DNA of 32,310 nt from Octopus bimaculoides (taxonomy: Eukaryota), in NCBI RefSeq assembly GCF_001194135.2, contig NC_069001.1:37342189-37374498 (forward strand). The letters run 5' to 3'. Positions 1-11,095 of the stretch are shown here, in pieces; position 1 is the first letter of the stretch, and each line of letters starts with the position of its first letter. The position numbers and the translations under genes were made by a program. Under the pieces are notes generated by a model. That model worked only from the letters and a program-made list of their open reading frames with translations. It was not told where the DNA came from and did no database searches.

Positions 1-529
1 CAGTCAAAATGACTAAAACAAGTAAAAGAGTAAAATATATGGGCGTGTGGTAAGAAGTTTGCTTCCCAACCACATACCTTCGCAGTATGAGTGTATGTCT
101 GTGTTTGAATGCCTGTGTGTGTGTGTGTGTGCATGAGTGTGTGTTTATATGCATAGTGTGTTTGTATGTGGGTATTTGTGCGAGAGTGTTTGTGCGTGCT
201 TGTGTAGGTATGTATCTGATTGTATGAGCGTATGTATGTGTGTGTGTGTGTGNNNNNNNNNNGCTCCAGCATGGCCACAGTCAAAATGACTAAAACAAGT
301 AAAAGAGTAAAATATATGGGCGTGTGGTAAGAAGTTTGCTTCCCAACCACATACCTTCGCAGTATGAGTGTATGTCTGTGTTTGAATGCCTGTGTGTGTG
401 TGTGTGTGCATGAGTGTGTGTTTATATGCATAGTGTGTTTGTATGTGGGTATTTGTGCGAGAGTGTTTGTGCGTGCTTGTGTAGGTATGTATCTGATTGT
501 ATGAGCGTATGTATGTGTGTGTGTGTGTG
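1..529. other. Identical 252-bp duplicate (1-252 = 278-529) across a 10-N gap, likely an assembly overlap artefact
   Basis: The two copies read identical by eye with a fixed 277-bp offset, and the break falls in a (TG)n run. Other gaps: 14086-14409, 18980-19215, 23444-23482. Confidence 0.85.
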
Positions 530-676
530 TTGGTGAGTGTGTGTGTGTGTATTATTGTTTATCTCTGACTGAAGAATTATATGATCAATTCTATTCCAGC
601 CATGACAGACCCACCTTTTACCTGCGATACATTTTCCAACACGTCCTTCCTTTAATTTTTTTCTTTTTTTCATTAT

Positions 677-1390
677 GATCCAGTTATTTGCAGAGACCTG
701 AAATCTACCTTCAGGCAGATTGAGTCTTCAGACCAGCATGGCCTCGTCTGCCTCTGTTCCACTTCTCGGCTGAACAGCAGTGCATGGCTCAATTCAATGC
801 CCTCTTCATCAACCAGCACCCTTCTTGATGATGAGTGCATATTTGTATCAGAGTGGCCCTGAGCCTTGGTCTTTGCGTGTGAGCAGCACAAATTCCGTTG
901 CGAAGCTGTAGTCAATGAATTTGGCCTGCATGGCACGGGTCGATTCCACTAACACACTGCTCTAAGCAGCACCATGCCAGTTTCCTGTCACAACTGCTGC
1001 CAGCAGGTCTTGACCATGGAAATGGTTAGCGCCCCGACAGAATAACCTCCTACCCATGCGAGGGAGGTAAATCCCTAATCTGGGACTTGACATGCTACAT
1101 ATCTTCGACCTTGATGCGTCAGTCGCAAACCTGGGGTTTTGCTGCCCGTAGAGCAATGGTGAGGAAGTCAAACAAATACTGAGGACCTGACCAGCCGCTA
1201 TCTGCTTGTACTGGTCACCGTTGAAACTTGAAGTGTTCTTGGACTACATACCACTGGTTTCCTTTGTAAAATCAGGATGACAACAGCCCATCTAAGAAAT
1301 GAACCTGGTAAGGCAGGCTGGCTGTTGCAGGGAGTATTGTTGGCCACGCTGTGGTAATGCCTACAGAATTATGTCTGCAAGACGTTTCTG
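677..1390 (+). mobile_element. Decayed 3' end of a CRE-clade-like non-LTR retrotransposon (zinc knuckle plus restriction-like endonuclease)
   Basis: Across several frameshifts and stops the + strand gives AWLNSMPSS..LLDDE, IRVALSLGL, HKFRCEAVVNEFGLHG, PAGLDHGNG*RPDRIT.YP..GGKSLIWDLTC, RKSNKY, DLTSRY..V.VTVET and RCGNAYRI. This is the ordered motif series of CRE-type REL endonuclease tails as I recall them. Confidence 0.8.
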
Positions 1391-2049
1391 AACACGCCAT
1401 TCAAACTGAAATGTACAATCTGTTACCCCTTCCCACCATCATTTATTGCATAATTCCCCTTTTTTCTATTTTTCTTCCAGTAAAAATATACTTTGACTGC
1501 TATTTCTTGCATGGCATGTGACTATGCAGAGACTCCCTCACTGCCTCTTATTGTGTATGTGTGTATGTATGTACACACATGAGTGTGTAGAAGTAATAGT
1601 AGTAATAGTGATGTGATGTGGTGGTTGTGGCTCCAATCCGAAGCGACGGTGTAGCTAAAGGTGAGAGCGGGGAGTGGACGAACTAATTGGGGCGTGACTT
1701 AGAAGGAACGTTTAAAGTTGGAAAGAGAGGATAAAGTGGTTGAGTGATTATGGGAGTGGGAGAATGAGAGGGAGAGAGAAAGGAAGAGAATGAAAGAGAG
1801 ATAGAACGGAAGTGAAAAGGAGGTAGTGAGAGAGTAGAAAGACACAAGCAATGGTAGAGTAGGAGTAGATGATAGACAGAGGAAGAGTGCAAGTGAACGC
1901 TAGAGTAAAGGAGTAAATGAGAGAGTGGAGGTGGAAGCTGGATAGAGTGAATAAGAGAAAGGAGGAAAGGAGAGTTTGCAAGAGAGTAATTAAGAGAGCG
2001 AAAGTAGAGAAGTGAAAACAGAGAGATAGTAAGGGAGAAAGAGAGATAA

Positions 2050-3900
2050 GGCCATATCGAATTGTCTGTAAGGAGTGTCGTAACTTTCTGACATGTCGAA
2101 ACTATTCTTTCATCTAACAATGGTCTTAGTACAACAATTACAACAACAACAGGGCCCTTTGTTTTGTGTATATTTATAGAGAAGATTTTGCACGTCAAAC
2201 GTTCATTTAAGTGATATCAGGTTCGTGGGCAAAGGCAGCCAACAGGTTATCATCTTTGATCATCACGAACAGCTGAAGAACAGTCACGCCGCCGAGTGAT
2301 TTATTGAGACTTAAGTATTATATAAGGAGAAGAATCAAGATTTAGAAAGAATTCTACCAGGCATACATTGCATTGAAAGTCACGCTATTGGATCACGTCA
2401 CTACACGTTTATCTATAACATAAAATCCAAGCAGACGACAGGACATCGGCCATCACAGAGATCGTCCCTTTTTTATACAGATATTGTTGAATATTAATCT
2501 TGAATTTTCGAAGAAAGAAAATAACGAAAGTTTTAGAAGTCGTTGATTTATGGTTAAGAGTTGAAAACCCCGTTCAAAGGTTTACAAATATTTTTTTCTG
2601 GAACACATCTTCCTGCAAAAATAAGACGAGGCAGACGACTATAAAATCGGCTATCATCGCCAGAGACATATTCCACGTTTGAAGCCTTAAGTTTTGAAGA
2701 ACAACAACTGAACGAATATATATGGTTGAAAGACCCGCCACACACACAGAAGAAATCTTCTCATTGAATAGCAGTCGACACTTACGCCTGACATTAACAA
2801 CAAAACACTTCGTTTGTTTTGTTGCTATCGTGTTAACGTCCGTGCATGTCAGGATTCCAATAACAAACTCATATTTCCGTTGTGTTTTGAGTGAAATAAG
2901 AGATAACAGTGTTTTATCGACGGTTACATATCTTGTTTTCGTCATTTCTTACAAAAGGGACGCCAATCCTTTTGATAATTATCGTGACAAGTGCGTGTTA
3001 AATAGAGACACTCAAACACGCGACAGCGCTCTAAAAAGTGTTTTAAAGACTCGAAGCATCTCTTCTAAGTTAAATAATTTCTTGTTGAAGACTGACTCAT
3101 TCTAAACTCATCTTCGTACTTTCAACCTTTTCCTTGTAAAAGTTTGATCATATATATTGACATTATATTATAAACAGTTAAGTACAACATGTCTTCGTCG
3201 ATTCCATTGAAAGAGTTCGCCGAGGTCTGGAGCAGTGCAGCAAATCTTTACGACAAGGGTAAATTCCTTGAAGCTGCCCAACAATTTGAGACGGTTGCAG
3301 CTGATAGCACAGCCAAAATTTCTTATAATCTAGGCTGTATCTACATGAAACTGAAACAATATGAGACGTCCTTAGAGGTGAGTGAATAAACTAGACATTA
3401 CTATATAAGTTCGCTATAACGACACTTGGATACGCTTTTCTGATTTTGTTTCCCTCATAATTTTCTTTCAAAATGCAGATCTTGTCGTTAAATATTTACA
3501 GAGATGTGTTTTCGTCAGTGTAGAATACGGTTATGTTGGTAAAATTTAGGGGAAAAACTTTGTTTCATTGTACACCCTCCACCAACTGTTTTACCACCAA
3601 TTCCATTTTTCGAACTTCTACGTTTGAAACCATAACATTACGCGATCTACACCCACGGAAACTTATTTCTACAAAACTTTGTTTAAAATATACATTGTTA
3701 AGTGAGTCATGAGGAAACAGGAACAATAGGAGAACGATTCCCCACCCCTAATGTTTCCCTTCCTTTTTTTCTCCGCCTTTACACACCATAATCGTAATCT
3801 ACGTCCTCGAAAACGTATTTCTGCAAATTTTCATTTCAAAAAATTTTAATTTCGAAACAATTATGCCGCAACAGTGTTTGGGGCACCAAACTGTAGATGT
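2050..3900. promoter_or_regulatory. CpG-retaining putative promoter and first-exon region
   Basis: CG dinucleotides are visibly more frequent than in the downstream introns, no SINE/LINE copy was recognised, and the region surrounds the start codon. Judged by eye, not counted. Confidence 0.5.
3189..3377 (+). CDS. NCF2: Coding exon 1 (63 aa, TPR1-2): MSSSIPLKEFAEVWSSAANLYDKGKFLEAAQQFETVAADSTAKISYNLGCIYMKLKQYETSLE
   Basis: ATG in ACAAC-ATG context, in-frame TAA upstream at 3171-3173, donor GAG|GTGAGT in phase 0. Resembles p67phox W..G.....KDWKGAL..F...SRICFNIGCMY. Confidence 0.92.
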
Positions 3901-4108
3901 GGGCTCTGTTGTTTAATCATTTCGTTTTAGTAATTCACCTGTTGATCCAAACCTGACCAAACCATCATTTATTCAGAGATATTCAGACCAACTGTCCATG
4001 TTGGGATAGTTTAGTCCGGAATATCTTTCATCCGGTCGACCTATGATTCAGTGACAATCCAGGGGTGACTGCCCTGTCTTTTATTCAGGCATTCTATCTT
4101 AATACATT

Positions 4109-5192
4109 ACAGCCTAAACAACAACAACTACATCATACTACATTCTAAACAATAGCAACTAGACTATACTACAGCCTAAACAACTGCACGATACTACAGC
4201 CTAAACAACTGCACGATACTACAGCCTAAACAACTGCACGATACTACAGCCTAAACAACTGCACGATACTACAGCCTAAACAATAACTACAACATGCTGT
4301 AGCATAAATGATAATTACATCATACTACAGTCTAAACAATAGTAACTAGACGATAGTTAAGCCTAAACAACAAATACTACCCCATACTACAGCCTGAGCA
4401 ACTACACCATACTACAGCCTGAACAACTACACCATACTACAGCCCAAACAGCAATAACTACATACTACAGCCCAAACAGCAATAGCTACACCATACTACA
4501 GCCCAAACAGCAATAACTACACCATACTACAGCCCAAACAGCAATAACTACACCATACTACAGCCCAAATGGCAATAACTACAGCATACTACAGCCCAAA
4601 CAGCAATAACTACAGCATACTACAGTTTAAACAGCAATTACTACACCATACTATAGTCTAAACAGCAATAACTACATACTACAGCCTAAACAACAGTTAC
4701 CTCACCATATTACAGCCTAAACAGTAGCAACTAGACTATACTACAACCAAAAACAACAGCTATTTCATACTACAGCCTAAACAACAGTTACACCACACTG
4801 CAGCCTAAAGGCCACAGGCAACACTATGCTGCAGCATAAACAACTACTCAAGACTGCAGCCCAGACAGTAATAACTATGCTACACTATGGCCCAAAACAA
4901 TAATTACACCATACTACAACCTAAACAACAACGACACCACTACAGTCTAACCCACAACTTCACCATGCTACAGCCTAACCCACAACTACACCATGCTACA
5001 GCCTACACAGCAACAACCCCACCATGTTACAGCCTAAACTGCAATATCTAAGTCATACTACAACCTAAACAAGAACAGCAATAACTACAGCATACTTCAG
5101 CCTAAACAACTATTATACCACACTACATCCCAAACAGCAATAACTACACCATACTACATCCTAAACAGTAAAAACTACTTGAGATACTACAG
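4109..5192. repeat. Minisatellite, about 35 units of 25-32 bp with core ATACTACAGCC(T/C)AAACA
   Basis: Direct reading shows four exact 25-mers TACTACAGCCTAAACAACTGCACGA from 4168, a block of 31-mers AGCCCAAACAGCAATAACTACACCATACTAC near 4470-4620, and degenerate flanks. Confidence 0.93.
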
Positions 5193-5545
5193 CGTATATT
5201 TTCCATCAATAACTACACTAACTTCCACTTATGTTTCACCTGCTAGAAATACCAGCCAAATGTCCTTCAAGTAACATCCTGGCAGATTGAGTAATGGAGT
5301 CATAGATACACTATAGCTGGATGATTGGTAGCTAGAATGTCTTTTATTGTAGATGTCCTCAATGTGGTTTGTCTCAGGGCTAAACAACAACAATATGATT
5401 GAGTTGGTGAGCCAGTGAAATGCATACCAGTAATATTTTGGGAAATGATTTTAGTAAACGCTCGATATACTCCTACATACCTTCCGCACCCCCTTACATA
5501 TCTGTAGCCTTGTATCCCTTTAGGTAAAATGTGGTTAGAACAGGG

Positions 5546-5547
<2 letters not shown>

Positions 5548-5586
<39 letters not shown>
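5548..5586. repeat. (GA)n microsatellite
   Basis: Perfect dinucleotide run. Confidence 0.97.
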
Positions 5587-5587
<1 letters not shown>

Positions 5588-6319
5588 ATGAAAAGGTGAG
5601 AGAGAGCAACCGTGAACGAGTGTGAGAGAGAGGGTATGTAATGTGTGGTATGTAATGAAGTTTAATGAGGGAATCCCTGTGAAAATAGAGAACTATTTTC
5701 CCAGATTTGACTTTCATATCCACCATGACACAGTAACATGGTATTATATTTATGCATTAAAGGAAAGACTAACCCATTTCACAGATTTTTATTTAGATAT
5801 TCAACTTTTAAATTCAGTAGCGAGGTCACAGTTTTTATCTCACGACCGCACCCTACCAACAGCTGTGATATTGCCCAGCAACGTGTAAATGTTTAACTCG
5901 TTACCTACCAATATAAGTTGTTCTGGTTAATCACAAGGCTGGCTTCAAAAATCCGCATGTGCACATTGAAGGCCATAACCTTCCTCCCCCTCCCAATACT
6001 GTCCAAAATTAAGATAAACACTCGTTTACCTGTGTTGTCTTAATTTCTTCAAGAAAGCTGTAATAAATTGTTTCATGAAATAGTCTTCTAAATTTGATGA
6101 AGGGCCCTGCCTAAATCCTCACAGCAAAGAAATATCTTAAAAGGCTTGTTAGTTTGTCTCACGATCCCAGCAGACAAAATGGAAAAGGTATTGCACTGGA
6201 GATTGGCAAGGGAGATCCACTAGAACAGCCACTCTGACCCTTGGGGCTTGCACTTGCAGATAGCCATCTCTTCTGCCCTGTTAGTGGTGAGCAGGGATGT
6301 GGTCCAGGGGCCACCTATT

Positions 6320-7216
6320 TCTTGGCACAAGGCTTGTAATTTCAAAGGCAGCAGTTGGAAGAAATGGTGCTAAGTATTTTGCCAGTAGGCTAATGATTTT
6401 GCCAGCTCAGCGTCTTTTAAAAGGCTTTGAATTTTAGGACTAGACTGGTGATTCTTCAGGGATGGATCCAATCAATACCATCAGCATCAATCTTAGACTG
6501 GTGTTTTATTTTATTGAGTCTGGGAGGGGGAAAGCAAAGTTTGCCTCAGCAAGATTTGAACTCAGAATATAAAGATGTCACAAGACCTCTTCCAATCATC
6601 ATCATCATTTAACATCCATTTTTCATGCAGGCATGGGTTGAATGGTTTGACAGGAGCTGGCAAGCCAGATAGGCTCCAATTGTCTGTTTTGGCATGGTTT
6701 CTATGACTGGATGCCCTTCCTAATGCCAACCGCTACAAAAGTGTACTGTGTGTTTTATATGTGGCACCAATGTTCTAATTAGTCTGCCAGATCACTGCCC
6801 ATAATTCTTTCTAATTTTGGCTCAAGGCCACCAATTTTTTAAGGGAGGGTCAAGTTGATTACATTGACCCCAGTATTTGGCAAGTACTTTATTTTATTGA
6901 CCCCTGAAAGGATGGAAGGCAAAGGTGACCTCAACAGGATTCGAGCTCACAATTTAAAGAGCCAGAACAAATATCACAAAGCATTTTCCCGAACATTAAT
7001 AATTCTGCCAGCCCACTGTTCTGATAATAACAATCCTTTCTATTAAAGGCACAAGGCCTGCAATTTCGGAGGAGGGGTTAAGTTGATTACATCGACCCCT
7101 GTACTTCACTGGTATTTAATTTATCAACCCTGAAATTTGAACTCGGAAAGTAAAGACTGATGAAATGCTGCTAAGCATTTTGCTTGGCATGCTAGCAGTT
7201 CTGCCAGCTCACCGCC

Positions 7217-7252
<36 letters not shown>

Positions 7253-7420
7253 TAGGCGCAAGACCTGATATTTGGGAAAGGAAGTTAGTTGATTACATCG
7301 ACTCCCAAGAGAATGAAAGACAAAGTTGATCTCAGTTGCATTTGAACTCAGAATATGAAGAACAGAAAGAAATTCTTTGTATTTTGGCTGAGACTCAAAC
7401 AAGTCTGCCAACTCACTGCC
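6320..7420 (-). mobile_element. Cluster of 3-4 same-orientation tRNA-derived SINE copies (family B), interrupted by an RTE tail at about 6596-6770
   Basis: Recurring GATTACATCGACCCC, TTTGAACTCAGAA and CTGCCAGCTCAC segments, with an (AAT)n tail at 7218-7251. A + strand relative lies at 10895-11095. Confidence 0.75.
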
Positions 7421-7563
7421 TTCGTAAAAAATATTTTAATCAATTTAGTCTCAAGGCCAAAGTGTTTTTCTTTTCTTTCTTCCTTTTTTTTAATGTTGCA
7501 TAGTGTCAGTGACAAGGTTATTCTACATTACTTGACAGCAATAATTAATCTCCACCTGTAACA

Positions 7564-7775
7564 CATCATCATCATCATCATTTAACATCTGTTTTCCCAT
7601 GCTGGCATGGGTTGGATGGTTTTTGACAAGAGCTGGCAGGCCAGAGGGCTGCATCAGTTTCCAGTCATCTGTTTTGGCACGGTTTCTATGGCTGGATGCC
7701 CTTCCTAATGCCAACCACTTTACAGAGTGTGACACTGAGTGCCTCTTACATGGTGCCAGTGCTTTCTATGTGGCA
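7564..7775 (-). mobile_element. RTE-LINE 3' tail fragment with (GAT)n end
   Basis: CATCAT..TTTAAC..CATGCTGGCATGGGTTGG..GCTGGATGCCCTTCCTAATGCCAACCAC. Identical motif to the 3' end of RTE coding remnants elsewhere in the window. Confidence 0.85.
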
Positions 7776-8031
7776 CATTATGTTCTGATACCCACGGACC
7801 CCGGTTGGGTCACACTGGAACTGAAATATTAATGTTGCTGGTGATGATACACATGACTGGTTTTGTCCCTTGACAGGATTTTCAATTCACAACAGCAGCA
7901 AATTGACAGAACAATCTTGAACTCCAATCCAACATGGCAGTCCCTGTGAAACCCCTCAAGTAGCTACAATATACAGTTTTTGCTAATTTGTTTGCTCAAC
8001 AAGGACAAACCAAGGGTTAAACAACAGCAAT

Positions 8032-9040
8032 TCTTTTATTCTTTTATTTGTTTCAGTCATTTGACTGCGGCCATGCTGGAGCACCACCTTTAGTCAAACA
8101 AATCGACCCGAGTACTTATTCTTTGTAAGCCTAGTACTTATTGTATCGGTCACTTTTGCCGAACTGCTATGTTATGGAGATGTAAACACACCAGCATCAG
8201 TTGTCAAGCAATGGTGGGGGGAACAAACACACGCATGCACACACACACACATATATGATGGGCTTCTTTCAGTTTCCGTCTACCAAATCCACTCACAAGG
8301 CTTGGTCGGTCTGAGGCTATAATAGAAAACACTTGCCAAAAGTGCCATGCAGTGGAACTGAACCCGGAACCGTGTGGTTAGTAAGCAAGCTACTTCACAG
8401 CTCATAACTAAATCCCTTCAGTGTCTACAAGCACTCGGTCCTACATCCTTTGTTGGTTTTTCTATGTAACCCCAAATGTGTTGAGTTGCAGAATGGTCCA
8501 GGAGCTTGTATTTTTTTTTTTACTTGTTTTCAGTCAGTGTATTTGCAGCCATGCTGGGGCATTTCTTTGAAGGGTTTCAGTCAAACAAATAGACTCCAGT
8601 ACTTATTTCTACATCTGGTGCTTATTCTGTCAAACTGTTAAGTTATGGGGATGTAAATAAACCAACACCAGTTTGTCAAGCAGTGATGTGAGACAAGACA
8701 AAAACAACAACACACACACACATATGATGGGCTTCCACACAGTTTCTGTCTACTAAATTCATTCACATTACAAGGCATTGGCCATTCTGGGGCTATAGCT
8801 GCCCAAAGTGCCACTTAGTAGAACTGAACTCGGAACCATGTGGCTGGGAAGCAAGCTTCTTACCACGCAGCCATCTCCCTCATATATATGACAGTCTTCC
8901 ACTCAGTTTCCCTCTATGAATTCACTTGCAAGGCATTGGTTGGCCCAGAGCTATAGCAGAAGGCCAAGGTATCACACAATAGGACTGAACCCAAAACCAA
9001 GAGCCCCAAGTTTCTTAACCACACAGCCATCCATGCCTGT
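8032..9040 (-). mobile_element. Three tandem tRNA-derived SINE copies (family A): about 8032-8400, 8512-8875 and partial 8886-9040
   Basis: Shared body CAGCCATGCTGGAGCACC..CCTAGTACTTATT..CTACCAAATCCACTCACAAGGC..GGAACTGAACCCGGAACC, with the A/B-box-like head at the right end. Confidence 0.85.
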
Positions 9041-9532
9041 GCTTATGCATTTTGCAGTTTATTGTGCAGTCTGTTGCATGATGTGCAAGTTACAGTATCA
9101 TGTGGTTATTGCTTGGTGTGCTTGTTGTTGCAGTGTGTAGTTGGAGCTGGCGCAAGAGAGGGTGGTGGTGGGGAGAGCAGTGTGTGTGTGAATTGAAGTT
9201 TATTTAGCGAATCATGTGAAAACAGAAAAATACATGTGAAAAACTGACAAAATATTTTCAGTGATGTCAATTAAATACGAGCACAAACCCATCTACCCAC
9301 TCAACACTGTAATGAAAAAATTTAATTTCACTGATTTTATTAAAATATTCACTTGTAAATTCAGTGCGAGGCCACCTGAACAATTCGTAGCCTCGACACT
9401 GACACGTTCCAACAGTACATAAAATCTTATCTAATAATAAATTCTTTTCATTTGAGCACAAAGCTTAGTACAAGGTTACTAGATAAACACTGTTATACAT
9501 GCGTGCTCCAGATATAATATATTTTATATATA

Positions 9533-10072
9533 TCATCATCATCATCAACATTTAACATTCGTTTTTCATGCTTACATGGGTTGGACGGCTTGACAGGAAT
9601 TGGCAAGACCAGGTTCCATAGTCTGTTTTGACTTGGTCTCTATGGCTGGATGCCCTTCCTAACACCAACCTCTTTGTAGAGTGTACAAAGTGCTTTTTAT
9701 GTGTCACTAGCACCAGTGCTTCTTACGTGGCACCAACACCCACACCAATGCTTTTTACATGGCACCTTGGTTTTAGGATCTCAGTTCTGTTGTAGTTTCT
9801 CCTCTTGCACACTGCATACGATTCCTCTTATGCCCAACTTTTCTCTCAATACACCTATGCTCTGTTGCACATGCACACTGCCATCACACATCTAGTGGAG
9901 TATATCTACTTCATTCCTCTCCAGCCTTCACATGTCTTTTACATTCAGAACCCACATCTCATTTACATGCAGCATCGCAGTTCATACATATGCATCATAC
10001 AATCTTCCATTCACTGAGACCTTTGGTTGTCAACAGAGGTAAAAGTTCTCTTAACTTTCTCCACCCTACTCT
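9533..10072 (-). mobile_element. RTE-LINE fragment, decayed RT C-terminal region plus 3' tail
   Basis: Minus-strand translation gives WRKLRELLPLLTTKGL..GRLYDAYV*TAMLH..RLERNEVDILH*MC..VLREKLGIRGIVCSVQER, homologous to the 18968-19519 ORF. Tail motif at 9533-9700. Confidence 0.85.
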
Positions 10073-10146
10073 TATTCTAGGGTTGTACACTTTCTGTACA
10101 ATCTCCTCCAATGCTAATAAGGCCATCTACAACTTCAAATATAAAT

Positions 10147-10752
10147 ATCATCATCATCATTTAACGTTTGCTTTCCATGCTAGCATGGGTTGGACGATTT
10201 GACTGAGGACTGACGAACCAGATGGCTACACCAGGCTCCAATCTGATCTGGCAGAGTTTCTACAGCTGGATGCCCTTCCTAACGCCAACCACTCAGAGAG
10301 TGTAGTGGGTGCTTTTATGTGCCACCTGCACAAAGGCCAGTCAGGCGGTACTGGCAACGGCCACGCTCAAAATGGTGTATTTTATGATCTTAGCGCTCCA
10401 CTGGTACAGGTGCCATCACGATTTCGCTTTCGCTTGCCCCAACAGGTCTTCGCAAGTTGAGTTTCGTGTCCAATGAAGGAGACATTGGCATGGGGGATAA
10501 TTGTCGAATTTAGTTCGATTTGATTTCACTTGCCTCAACAGGTCTTCGCAAGCGGTGTTTAGTGTCCAATGAAGGAAAGGTACACATAAGTGGGCTGGCT
10601 ACATCCCTGGCAGAGGCCTTGGATTTTGGTCTCACTTGGCTTGCCAGGTGTTCTCACGCACAGCATATTTCCAAAGGTCTCGGTCACAAGTCATTGCCTC
10701 GGTGAGGCCTAATGTTCGGAGGTTGTGCTTCACCACCTCATCCCAGGTCTTC
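10147..10752 (-). mobile_element. 5'-truncated RTE-LINE: ORF end, complete 3' UTR and (GAT)n tail
   Basis: Minus strand reads KTWDEVVKHNLRTLGLTEAMTCDRDLWKYAVRENTWQAK*, then about 480 bp of UTR containing a ~48-bp direct repeat at 10433 and 10529, then the tail. Confidence 0.9.
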
Positions 10753-10894
10753 ATATATATATAAAAATTTTATCACCATCATTGTGGGACAGTTTGACAG
10801 AATGCAGCAAGTTGCAAGGCTACATTGATTTCTCTTTCTCTATATATGGATGTATATACCCTCAGCTTTGTGATAATTATTTATACATGTAAGG

Positions 10895-11095
10895 CAATGA
10901 GCTGGCAGAATCATTAGCATGCTGGGTGAAATGCTAAGTGGTATTTCTTCGGTCTTTACGTTCTGAGTTCAAATTTTGCATTTCATCCTTTCAGGGTCGA
11001 TAAATCCAGTACCAGTTGCATACTGCGTCGATCTAATTGACTGGCCCTCTCCCCCAAAATCTTGGGCCTTGTGCTTCAAGTAGAAAAGAGTAATT
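10895..11095 (+). mobile_element. tRNA-derived SINE family B copy
   Basis: GAGCTGGCAGAATCATTAGCAT head, TCTGAGTTCAAATT B-box-like motif, TTTCATCCTTTCAGGGTCGATAAA body. Confidence 0.75.

Noticed and set aside
1-529. Tandem duplication of 252 bp
   Set aside because: Identical copies either side of a 10-N gap ending in (TG)n, the signature of an unmerged contig overlap.
1683-2198. 171-aa Leu/Ser-rich minus-strand ORF resembling a membrane protein
   Set aside because: It is the translation of a low-complexity GA-rich tract and has no recognisable domain or splice signals.
2500-3105. Overlapping 60-127-aa ORFs upstream of the start codon
   Set aside because: No recognisable motifs, present on both strands, and several rely on non-ATG starts.
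4109-5192. CRISPR-like repeat-spacer appearance
   Set aside because: Linkers are short and related to each other, unit length varies, there are no cas genes, and the context is eukaryotic.
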